Below, piece after piece: positions 22,401-34,400 of a stretch of DNA of 64,000 nt. The first letter of the stretch is position 1, and each line of letters begins with the position of its first letter. A program made the translations under genes and the position numbers. Source of the stretch: Amoebophrya sp. A120 (Eukaryota > Protista > Dinoflagellata); assembly GCA_905178155.1 (NCBI GenBank), contig CAJINV010000007.1, positions 229,371 to 293,370 of the forward strand, given 5' to 3'. The notes under the pieces were generated by a model. The model was not told the DNA's origin, ran no database searches, and saw only the letters and a list, made by a program, of their open reading frames with translations.

Positions 22401-25400
22401 GCTGAAGATATTTCTCACGCGGAGCCCCATGGCAAGCAATTTCTACCGTCGTGCTTCGAAATTTGGCATGCTCCAAGCAGCATGACGCGCTAGGTCTGTG
22501 ATGCTGCTGAACTGGCTGGGCAGCATTACACTACGAGGCCAAACTTGTCACGCGCAACAGCCAAAGCTTGTTGATTTGTCTAGCAGATTTCCCATCTTGA
22601 CTATGTGGTGGGGACGTTTTTGCTCCGAGTAAACGCCGAGTCTTGTTTATCCAAGAAAAAAACGTTGTAGGTGTAACTTTTTTGGAGGAACAGCATTACA
22701 AATCTGTCTGGCATGACAGCAAAAACGTGTCATGCGCAGATAGTACGTGAAAACGCCCTGTAATGGACCCTAGAATGCATGCCAAGCATGACAGACGCAA
22801 TCATCTTGCATGTTGCGCATCACAAATTTACACTAACAACGTTTTTTTCTTGGATATTGTTCGTCCAACTCCAGTTTTCCGACAATCCCCGCACTTGTGT
22901 CATCAAGCATCCGGTATGGGGTTCTCAAGCGTTACATTCTCAACTGTTGCATGATTTGTCATGCAAAACGACCGTGAGCCACCAGACGATGAAGGTGCTT
23001 CGCATGACAAATTCTCGGAGGGCTAAATAGCACTAGAATCCGCACTAAATCTGTAATGCAAGACGCGCAGGGTTCTCCCTCTGACTTGTGCTATTCTTGC
23101 ATTACAAATTCATGTAACAGTTGAGAATGTAACATTTGAGAACGCCATATCCGGTTGTGCTGCGTTGGAAGTAGAGCAGCTGCTCCACCAATTTCGGTAG
23201 AAGAAGAGGCGTCTCCTGCAGAGATGTTCGCCTGCATGCGGTTGATTATCAAATGCAAACATGTCTGGGTCTGGAAACTTGTGATGCAAGTCTGTGAATG
23301 GTAGGCGCACTCCACTACGCAGCCAAGCATGACAAGTTTTTGAGCTGCCGTGTGTTTCGTTTTTCGCATGACAAGCTGCGTTTTTGCATGAGAGGCAAGA
23401 GGCCCTATCCTGCTCATGCATCACAGATTTAAGAGTCATGCCAGACAAGCATGACAAACTTGCTTTCTTCCAGACCCAGACATATTTGCGATGCATATTG
23501 ATGCTCTGCTGCTGAAAGGAGATACTGGGCTGGTTCTGGGGTTGCGATCCCGCGTTGATTTTCTGGTTGAACGCTGTGGTTATCAACTGCAAATATATCT
23601 GAGTCCGGAATAAAGTTGGAACTTGTAATGCTGACGTTGCATTCCTGTGAATAAATCTGTATTGCATGACCAACAAAGAACAGGCGCAGCCCCTTTTGAT
23701 GTCATACAAGAACGCAGCTTCTCATGCGAGTTGCGTACGAGAAAGCGCTCTGCAAACTTGTCATGCTTCGCTGCATTCGAAAGGGTTTTTATCATCCACA
23801 GTTCAGCATCACAACTTTCCAGATCACCCAGACGCAGACCACATACTTGCAATGCATAGTGGTTTGCAAAGACCGAATACTGGTTTCCGACATGGGGTTT
23901 TTCAAGTTGTAATCTATCCTGAGAAAAAAATGTTACAGTTACACACCCTGATGGAAGACAAGCAATACAGACAACCTCTGTCATGCAGAAAACGCGTGCC
24001 AGCCTCATTCCATTCGTGTTTTCCGTTATAGTCTGCGCATCACAGGTTTTCTTTGCCATGTCGAGCAACTTCGCGATGCAGAAACTCCAACAAATGTGTA
24101 ACTGTAACACCTTTTTTCTTGTGATATAATCCCGCGAATCCACACTGGTCCGGGGGTAGCTGTGCGACTGCGGAGACAAAGGCGGAATCATGTTGCCGTG
24201 CTCTCGATTCATCAGGGTGCCACTGTCATCGTCCCCTTCAGACGGAGCTCCACCCAGGGCCGGAATTCGCTTGTTGCCAAAAGTCATCATGTTTGTTATC
24301 CTGTGTAAAAACATCCCCACCCCAGAGTTGTCATGCAGATCTGCAAGCACAAGAGCATTTGTAACGCGCATCCCCATGATAGGCATTTCCGACCGTGTTT
24401 TGGAACTTGTAATGCTGTAAACAGGATAAGCAAGTGGATTTGTAATGCGACTTCCCTTGCTAAACTGCACTACACTACAGCCTGCAATTTGTCATGCGTG
24501 ACTCCCAAAACTCCTAGGTTTGTGTTGCAAAATCCCCATCCTGACTCTGGTGTGGGGACGTTTTTACTCAGGATATTTGTTGTACTTGCATTCGTTTCCG
24601 ATGAATCCGCTTCGGAACCGCCGTGCCGCGTCGCTATGGAAGCGTCAGGTTTGAAATCGTCAAAGTTGAAATAGCTTGTCATGCATAAAACGGATACCAG
24701 TTAGACCTACAGTTTTTAGTCAGCGCATGACAAATTTTCCCGGTCCTCGAAGCGAGTCTCTCATGCGGTTTAGGGCAAAAGAGCTGCCTGCTGTCATGCT
24801 AGTCAGCAGGCCAACTTTTGAAGACGACCCTTGCCAGGACTATAATCTGCCTCCCGTGCGTCCTCTGCAATAGAGTCACTTTTTGAATCGCATTTTATGC
24901 ATGACAAATCATTTCAACTTTGTCGATTTCAAACCTGACGCTTCCATAGTCGCTCCTGTGCCGGTAGTTCGTGTCTGTTCCGACGGTCCACAAGAAACAG
25001 GGCCCGCGTTGCGTTCTTTATCTTTACTCGACGGCGCACCATGTTGTTGGCCGCTTCTATAACTAACCGGTGCCGAGATGCGATGCGCGAAGCTGCCCTG
25101 CTCACCGATCTGGGGGTTGACGGAGGTTTCAGCTATCCACAGTAAATTTCCTGTACACGTACAAATGCAGTCTCTGCATGACAAAACTTGGCTTCAATCC
25201 TAGTGCAGCATGACAAGTTGCACACTCCAAGTTACAGAAATTTGTCATGCATTTTGTACATGTACAGGAAATTTACATTGCATATCAGCAGTGAACATGA
25301 CATTTGGAGAGGAAAATGTTCGCTTCGCAGACGAATCCTTCATATCCGTCTCGCCAGCAGGAAGATCTTTCCCCTCGTCTTCCACCAGTTTCTCTCCTAC

Positions 25401-28400
25401 CGTGGACGCCTTCACAACCGACGTATTTGGCTTCGATAAGTTCTTGTCCTTGAAAATCTCCCGTTCCAAGGCGCGCGCCGTGGTTATCCTGTCTGTGTCG
25501 CACCTTTGACGAGAAGGACTATCGTGGTCAAGAACATCTTCCTCCTTTTGTTCCACAGTTGCTCCTATGAACTGCAAAAGTATCGCACTCGTATAAATGC
25601 ATTACAAATTTTCTCAGCATGATGAGAAATGAAATCTGTAATGCGGATTTACCATTAAGAAAAAGATTTGTAATGCATGACTGCAATACGAGTACGATAC
25701 TTTTGCACGGGATAGCTCCACTAGGACCTTCGTCTCGCAAAATTTCCGCGCGCTCGTCTTCAATAATATGATCCTGCTTGTTGCACTTCTTCTTGCTCGT
25801 TCCTGTGTCCGGTTTGGTATCCGCGGACGTCGTTCGCCACGCGTTGGACGAGGTCGGATCTTCATTGTTCAACAAATTCGAGGAGGAATTCGAACTCTTG
25901 TTCGTCGAAGATTTCACCGTTTTACTATTCGAAGACACATTATCCCGACTTGTGGATTTCGAAACAGTCTCGTCGTTCGCACCGCCCGTAGACGAGGATT
26001 CTGACCTGCCACGACCTATCAAATGTAAAAATGTCTGGGTCTGGAAGAATGCAACTTGTGATGCTGCATTTGGATTCCAGAAAAATCTGTATTGCATGAG
26101 TACCAAAAGGAATGCAATTTGTGCTATGCGGAGAGGGCATTTGTCATGCGGAATAGGCATCAAGAAGCTCTCAAAAAATCTGTGATGCTAGGGCATGCAT
26201 CACAGACATCAGGGCTCATGCAAAACGTGCATGACAAGTGTCAGAATCTTCCAGACCCAGGCACTTTTACATTTGATACGACCCGTGGACAACTTATCAG
26301 AACTTTGTTCGTCCTTCTCTTCCGTCGGGCTGGTGTTCGGAGTCGTGTCAGAGGAGGCGTTATCAAGTGCAAAAGTGTCTGGGTCTGGAAGAATGCAACT
26401 TGTGATGCTGCATTTGGATGTCTAAAAAAATTGTGTTGCATGAGCAGCAAAAGATTTCTATAATTTCGCTGCGCGGAGCGGGCATTTGTCATGCGGAATA
26501 GGCATTAGGAAGCCCTCTAAAAATCTGTGATGCTAGATCATGCATTAGAGGCATCATCGATCATACAAAATATGCATGACAAGTCTCAGAATCTTCCAGA
26601 CCCAGACATTTTTGCATTTGATAGGCGTAGGTGCCTTTCACGGAAATCGAGTCCGGCGTCTCGTTGCTGGTCGGCTCTTCCGAGGTGTTGATGTCTTGCG
26701 GTGGAGCAGGACTACTTCTATGCGGCGAAACCACAAATCCTCGATTCTTGTTCGATGCACCAGCACCGGCACTGCTGCCTTTCGACATAATTGTCGTCGC
26801 ACCATTTTGTTGAATATGCTTCTTGGCCCCCGCAACCAGAGCGTGCGTGTTGCTGTTCCGGTTTTTCTCCAGGATTCGTCTCCGCATGGTCTCCCGGTCT
26901 TGCTGCCGACTACTAAGCAGCAACTCATCGTCTACGGAGGACAACAAATCCGGCACGACAGAATGCGTCTCCCCCGGTCCGGATCCGGTATTGGTCAGAT
27001 CCTGATCCCGTTCGCGCTCGACCCTTTCCTCCTCTTTCTGGCGCAGCGTGAACGTATCATCCGACCGATTTCCGTCCGATCGGTTTTCGCTACTGGTGGT
27101 GTTCGTGGCGGACGGGCGCAGCGCGTCTTCGCTGTTCACCTGGGAATTGCTCGAAGTCTCATCGTATCAAATGCAAATATGTCTGGGTCTGGAAGGATGT
27201 AGGATTTGTCATGCCAGTTTCCATGACCCATGAGGTCTGTAATGCAGCACCCGGCATGACAGATTCTGTGGGATCTCTAACTCTATCAATATCATGCCTA
27301 TCCTGCATGAGAAATTCCCTCTCAACTTGTTAAAAAAGGACGGCTGTTGGTAACCATGCAACACAGATTTTTTGCATCATTCAGGTTTGGCATGACAAGT
27401 TGCCATCTTCCAGACCCAGATGACATATTTGCAATGCATACATCGGATTTGTAGTCGGAAATGGAATTCTATGAATTGCAAAAGTATCGCACTCGTATAA
27501 ATGCATTACAAATTTCCTCAGCATGAGAAAAAAAAATTGTAATGCTGATTTACCTTAAGAAAGAGATTTGTAATGCATGATTGCAATACGAGTATCAGAT
27601 ACTTTTGCACAGGATAAATTCGCCGACATGCGGAAGTTGTTCGGGGACCGCGACCCGTCGTTGCTGTCCGTGTAATTGTATCAACTGCAAATATGTCTGG
27701 GCATGGAAGATTCTGAGACCTGTTTGCACGTTTTGCATGAGCCATGACGTCTGTGGCGCATGCTCTAGCATCACAGGTCTTATTTTGAGGGATTCTTGAT
27801 GCCTAGTATTCCGCATGACAAACGCCCTCTACTCTGCGTAACCAACATTAGATTCCTTTTGCTGCTCATGCAACACAGATTTGTTTGAAATCTAAACGCA
27901 GCATCACAAGTTGTAACCTGCTTCCAGACCCACACGACATATTTGCAATGCATAAATTGAGGGGTAATTTCTCCTCGGATCCCTCCGCAGACACCATCGG
28001 GTGAAAGGACACCGTGGATCTCTTATCCAAGAAAAAAACGCTGTTAGTGTAAGTTTGTGATGCGCAACATGCAAGATGATTGCGTCTGTCATGCTTGGCA
28101 TGCATTGTAGGGCCCATTAAAGGGCGTTTTCACGTACTATCTGCGCATGACAGGTTTTTGCTGTCATGCCAGACAGATTTGTAATGCTGCTCCTCCAAAA
28201 AAGTTACACCTACAACGTTTTTTTCTTGGATATCTCTGTCGCTCCGGGTAGGAATCGAGTTCCGGCGAGCTCGGGACAGGCCGGCCGCTTTTGTCCTGGC
28301 CGCGGGCGCTGTCCGCTGACCGGTGCTTCTTCTTCAGCACGCCCTTGATCTTCTTCGGATGCTGCTGGGTGTCATTATTTGGAGCTCGTCCCGCTGACGA

Positions 28401-31400
28401 CGTTCCCGACGTCCCGGCGATGTGAGAGAGAGACCTCAAATCCGCTAAGTTCTTGCTGCTATCGGAGCTCGTCCCCCCCTGCTTTGACGACCCGTTGTTC
28501 GATCCAGAAGAACTGCTGCCAGAAGACTCCTTTATCCAAGAAAAAAACACCATCACAATCACATTTGGGAGGTTTTGCATCAGAAATTTGTTTCGCGGGA
28601 CAGACTTCTCTTGTATTGCAAGAACATATAGGGAAAGCGCCTACAAGTGTTGACTGTGATGCATTTTTGCGCATGACAAAAATTTTTGTATTGCACAAAT
28701 GTGCAAAAGTGATTGTGATGATGTTTTTTCTTGGATATCCTTACTGGTCTTATCAGTACTAGAATCGGTCCCGCCCGGCGATAAGTCCTATCAAATGCAA
28801 ATATGTCTGGGTCAGGAAACTTGTGATGGTGAAATGTGCATCATGGAAACACTTCCGAATGCAGTCCAGCATGAGAACTTTCCGCGGCGCTTTCTCATAG
28901 GCAGTTCGCATGAGAAACTGCGTTTTTGCATGACAAAAATGGCTGCGGCTTTTGTCGGTTCTGCAATACAGATTTCCCACGAATGTAAAGCTAGCATTAC
29001 AAGTTCCAACTTTCCAGACCCAGACATTTTTGCACTTGATAAGTCCGGCCGAGGACCGATGATCACCTCGACGAAGGGCGTGCGCTGGCGGGGATTTTGA
29101 TGTTGGTCCACGACCTCTTCGTCGACTTTCGGAAGGAGGGTTTCCTTCTCCCCGAGGAACCGCATATGTCCACCAGTGTGTTGGTCCAGCGGCAAGTGAT
29201 CCGACAGCAAGGTTTGGTTCATCACGACCGGTTGCTGTTGAAGATGCTCATCTTCTGTAGCTGCTGTTTTCACTGCCCTCGCTTGATGTTGATGTTCCCC
29301 GCTTCTCTGACGCTCCAGCTCCACGCGGAAATCCACCGGCGTGAAGCAATCCAGGTTCGGGTTCGTCATTACTGTAGGCGTAATTACATTCATAGGTGTA
29401 GCTGCTGCTGCTCTACTACGCTCGGAACGACTTCTGCTTGCCGCAGCTACCGGCGTAGTAGCTAGACCCGGTTGATTTTCAACATGGTTCCTCGGGGAAG
29501 GTCTTGCTTGCGCTGGGATTTGTTGTTGTTGATGTCCAACTTGTTGCGCAACAGCAGTCTGCTGCAGCTGCTGCTGACTATCCTGCAACATCAGCCCCGG
29601 GCTCCCGGTATTTGTGATAATTCCCGAAGTGGTATTCATCACAGCTGTGTGCTCTTGCTGAGCAGTCTGCTCTTGCAGGAACTGCGGATCGTAAGGTACC
29701 CCGCCAATGTAATCCTGCAGTTGCAGTTGCACGGGCCTGTCATTCAGCATCTCTTTTTCGTCCACCCCGTTGCTGCACTGCACCCGAATATCTGCCAACT
29801 GCGCAAACTCGCTTTCCGACGGCTGGTTTAACTCGTTTTCGTGGAGCTTTTGCGCGGCACGCTCCGCATTGCCGAGCGCGTAGCTCGCGGCCGCCATCAC
29901 GTTTTGCAAATCCGAAATCACCGAGTTCAGCGCCAGCTGCGCATTCCGCACGTCCTGCGTCTGCGACTGCGCGGACGTTGGTGAAGCCGCGGAGTTCATA
30001 TTCTGCTGGGCCGCAAGGGTGGTCGCCGCGGCAATGCTGTTGGCTTGCTGCTGCAGCGCGAGTAACGGAGAGGGCAGGTTTAACGGGTAGGCAGATGTTG
30101 CACCAAGTGCAGTTGCAGGAGCTTCTTGTCCTTGTGTGGTAGTGACTACAAAGTCTCCTGGCGACCCAGACCCGCTGTGTGCGGAGGATGAGCCAGCCGG
30201 TCCTGTGGCGGACCCACTGGGATTATTGACAGTGTTGTTCAGAAATTGAACGTTTCCAGCGCCGGTCGTCTGCTGCTGCTGGTGCTGTCCCTGAGACGGG
30301 ATCATTACATCCGCCATTTGCCCAAACCGCTGCACCTGCCTGGTCGTAGTTTCCAGCGACATCATCCTCTGAATGGTGGTCGTCTGTTCGTGCAAATTCA
30401 TCTGGTGCGACACCTCGTCCGTCGTTTGCCGCACGACCTGTATCCTCTGCAAAAGTATCGTACTCGTACTAATTGCATTTATGCATTACAAATCTAGTTC
30501 CTAAGGCAAATCTGCATTACAAATTCAATTTGTAATGCTGAGCCAATTTGTATTGCAATTTATACTAATACGTTACTTTTGCAGTGCATAACCTGGTGCT
30601 GGTGCTGGTGTGAGGAGGAGAACTGCTGCGAAGACGTTTGCTGCTGCTGCTGTTGAAACAACTGCTGTGATTTTTGCAACTGCTGTTGTCCCCCAGGTTG
30701 TTGTTGAGCTCCTACAGCAATACTTCCACTATGGGTCTGCAGCTCCGGGTACTGATATGGATTGCAAAAATGTCTGGGTCTGGAAGGTTGCAACCTGTCA
30801 TGCTAATTCTCGATCATGCAAAAATCTGTGTTGCATGATCACCAATAAAGCTGTTCACTTTTGAGCAGGCCGAGAGGCAGTTTCTCATGCGGAAAAGGCA
30901 TGGAAAAGATCTCACAGAATCTGTGATGCTAGGGCATGCATCACAGACCTCACACGTCATGCAAAACGTGCATGACAAATGTTGCATTCTTCCAGACCCA
31001 GACATTTTTACATTTGATAACTGAGATGTTGCCACATAATGCTCCTCCAGCGTCGCGCCGGAACTCGAAAACGAATTATCAAAGAAAAAAAGTTCGTCAC
31101 GATCACTCATGCGCATTCTTGCAATACAAAACTGTTTGTCATGCGTAAAAATGCATCACAGCCAAACTTCATTGGGGATTTCCCTAGTGTTTCTGCAATA
31201 CAAGGAAAGTTTATGATGCTGAGAAAATTTGTAATGCAAAACCTGCAAGTTAGTGACTGTGACAAACTTTTTTCTCTCCATACGAATCCCCGACTTTGTA
31301 TTCGCGGTTGAAGATTTTCGTTTTGTTCTGCGAGACTGGCATCTGGGAAATTGTTGTTCCGAAATAAGGGGAAGATGTTGAAGCTCCTGCTTGTTGGTTG

Positions 31401-34400
31401 TTGTACTCATAGGTCGCCATGCTTATATTCTTGTTCCCTGCTGCAACTCCTGGGGACGACGGAGAGAAGCTGCTGGAAGCCCCACCCGCGTTTTGCTGCA
31501 GTAGTGTCATCATCTCGTAGTTTTCCCCGCCGCCAGCATGTGACGAAGACGCAGGACCAGGAGATCTTCCGTCGCTTTGCATCATCTGCTTGTTCCTACT
31601 TTGATGTTCCCCTTGATCATGTACTAGTGCAACACCTTTATTGCTGGTGTCGAAGAAGTGCCTGCGCCTCCCGACATCATGGTCCGTCAAGTTCTCCGAC
31701 TGCGAGCGAACTAACCTGCTTATCAAATGCAAATATGTTGTCCGGGTCTGGAAATTTGTGATGCTAAAATGTGCATGATGAAAACGCTTCCTTATGCGGC
31801 AGAGCATGACAAGTTTGCAGAACGCTTTCTCGTACGCCCTCCGCATGACAAATTGCGTTTTCGTAAGACAAGAAAGGCTACGACTTGTTTTGTTCGTCAT
31901 GCAATACAGATTTCACAGGACGCTGAATGTAAGGCCAGCAATACAAGTTCCAACTTTTCAGGAGACCCAGACTTATTTACATTTGATACTGCTATTGATG
32001 ATCCGATGCGTTTCCTTGCTATTTTTCGTCGCGGTTCTCTCCGAAATTTCGTTCAGCTGTGGAGCGAATTGCTGGTGGTGTATGCGAAGAAAAAAGTGTT
32101 ACAGTTACACATATAGTCTATGCAAGACCGGCAACACAGATAACCTTTCTCATGCAGGAAACGCTTGGGAGCCTCGCTTCCTTCCTGTTTTCCCTTATGA
32201 TCTTCGCATTACAAGTTTTCCCTGCCATCATCATCATCATCATTGAGACGGACCCCCTGTGGTCGTCCTCACGGTGTCGTCTTGGCCCTAGGCTGTTTCG
32301 GACAGATGTTGGTTGTGTCCGGCAAGAGGACGGCTCTGCGTGGGCAAATGTTGGTAATGTCCAGCAAGAACTCTTCCGTGGCCCCATTTATTTTCTGCCA
32401 CACAGAGAAAATTTGTGATGCAGAAACTCCAACAAATGTGTAACTGTATGTAACACTTTTTTCTCGTGATATGGTGGTCCGAGGGACTAGTACAAGAACC
32501 AGGAGACACGTTATTTGAATTTGACACGGGCGTCGCGTGTACGCTGAGCTTGTTGTGCTGGTACTGCTGCTGTTCTTGTAAGCCGCCAGTAGTTGCACCG
32601 ATTGAGATTTTGCCACTGCTGTTATCCTGAGTAAAAACGTACCCACACCATAGTCAAGTTGGGGAATCGGCTAGACAAATCCACAAGTTTTGGCTGTTTT
32701 GCATGACAAATTTGGATTCGTAGTGTAGTGCTGTTTGAGCTAGCTCAGCAGCATCACAGATCTAGGATGCCATGCTGATTGGAGCATGACAAATTGCACA
32801 ACACGATTGGAAAATGCTTCTCATGGAGCTCCGCATGAGAAAGATTTTCAGCATGCAGATTTGCATTACAACTATGGGGTGGGGACGTTTTCAAATAGGA
32901 TAGCTGTTCGGAGTGGTTCTACTATTATTTTGACTCATCTGCTGGTATGGATGTGTCAGAGTTGAAATCGACAAAGTTGAAATAATTTGTCATGCATAAA
33001 ATGGATGCTAGCTGGAGCCCAGTTTTCAAGTGGCGCATGACAAATTTCGGCGGTCCCTAAATGCAGTTTGTCATGCTGTTTAGGCAAAGAAGAGCGATTT
33101 TCTCGTGCTACTTTAGCAGCTCGAGCTGTCACCCCAAACAGGCTTACAGTCGGCCTCACTTGCCTGCTCTGCAACACACGCGCCTCGGGTCATGCATTTT
33201 ATGCATTACAAATTATTTCAACTTTGACGATTTCAAACCTGACGCTTCCATAGCTGGCGCTGATCAGTTACAACTCGCCGGTTGTTGTTCGGGGTGAAAG
33301 CAAGTCCTCCATTCTGATCGAAACCTTGAAGCTGCGCCAGTTGCGGGTGAAGATGTTGACCATTCGTCTGGGTCGCGAAGTTCTGGTGTTCGTCAACGTG
33401 AGATAAGTTTGGTGTCCGAAACTGCTGCTGAATATTAAATCCGTCCGCATTTTTGTAATAGTTCTCTTGGCTACTACTACTTCCCGAAGCAGCTGGAGCT
33501 GCTCCCTGGATGCTGCGGCCCACCAAGCTCGTACCCTGCATCCTGCCCATAATGTCGTGCGTCGCAGCCACCGTGGAAGCCGTTCCGCTGCCGTCCGAGC
33601 GACAGCCGTCGCCCCCCGGGGTGCTCGGCTTCAGTAGAGAAGACGTGTTCGCCGCCGTGGGCGGTTGTACAAGCTGTTGGCTATGCATTGCAAAAGTATC
33701 GTACAAGTAGAAATAGCATTACAAATTTTTCCAGAAACAAAAATGGAATTTCTAATGCTGAATTCGCTAGGAAGCCAGATCTGTCATGCATGACTGCATT
33801 TCATACGAGTACCATAGTTTTGCGGTGGATATTGGCGCGGATGGGACGACATTGAGGAAATTCGATTCCTTGTTTCATCATCGCGGTAAGTGCCACCCAC
33901 GATTTCGCTGGTCGTGCTATCCGGCTTCATAGAAGTCATGGAAGTAGAAGATTTTCTTATCCACTGCAAATATCGATCTGGATCTGGAAGGATTATACAG
34001 AGGTTTTTTGTAATGCAGCTTTCGCGTGTTACCCCAGGAGGTTTGGCATGCAGCACGCCCTAGCATGATAACAGGCTCTGAAATATTAAAGTAGGTCTCT
34101 TAATATATAATGCGTCATCCGCATGAGGCAATAAAGCCCTTCTTTCGGTGGCCAGAACTGGTGTCCAGCTCCTTTTGGCTTCCATGCATGACAGATTTCT
34201 GTGCGAAGTGAAAAGCGCATCACAGGCTCGCATGATCGTGATCCTTACAGAGGACCCAGATAACATCATTTGCATTTGATATTTCTACCATGTTCAACAT
34301 CGCTTCTATGTTCCGAGTATAGCCCTCGGAAAGAACGGTGCTCCTTGTTGGAAGTAGCGTGGATAATCATTCCGCTCGGTGGACTATCAAATGTAAAAAT

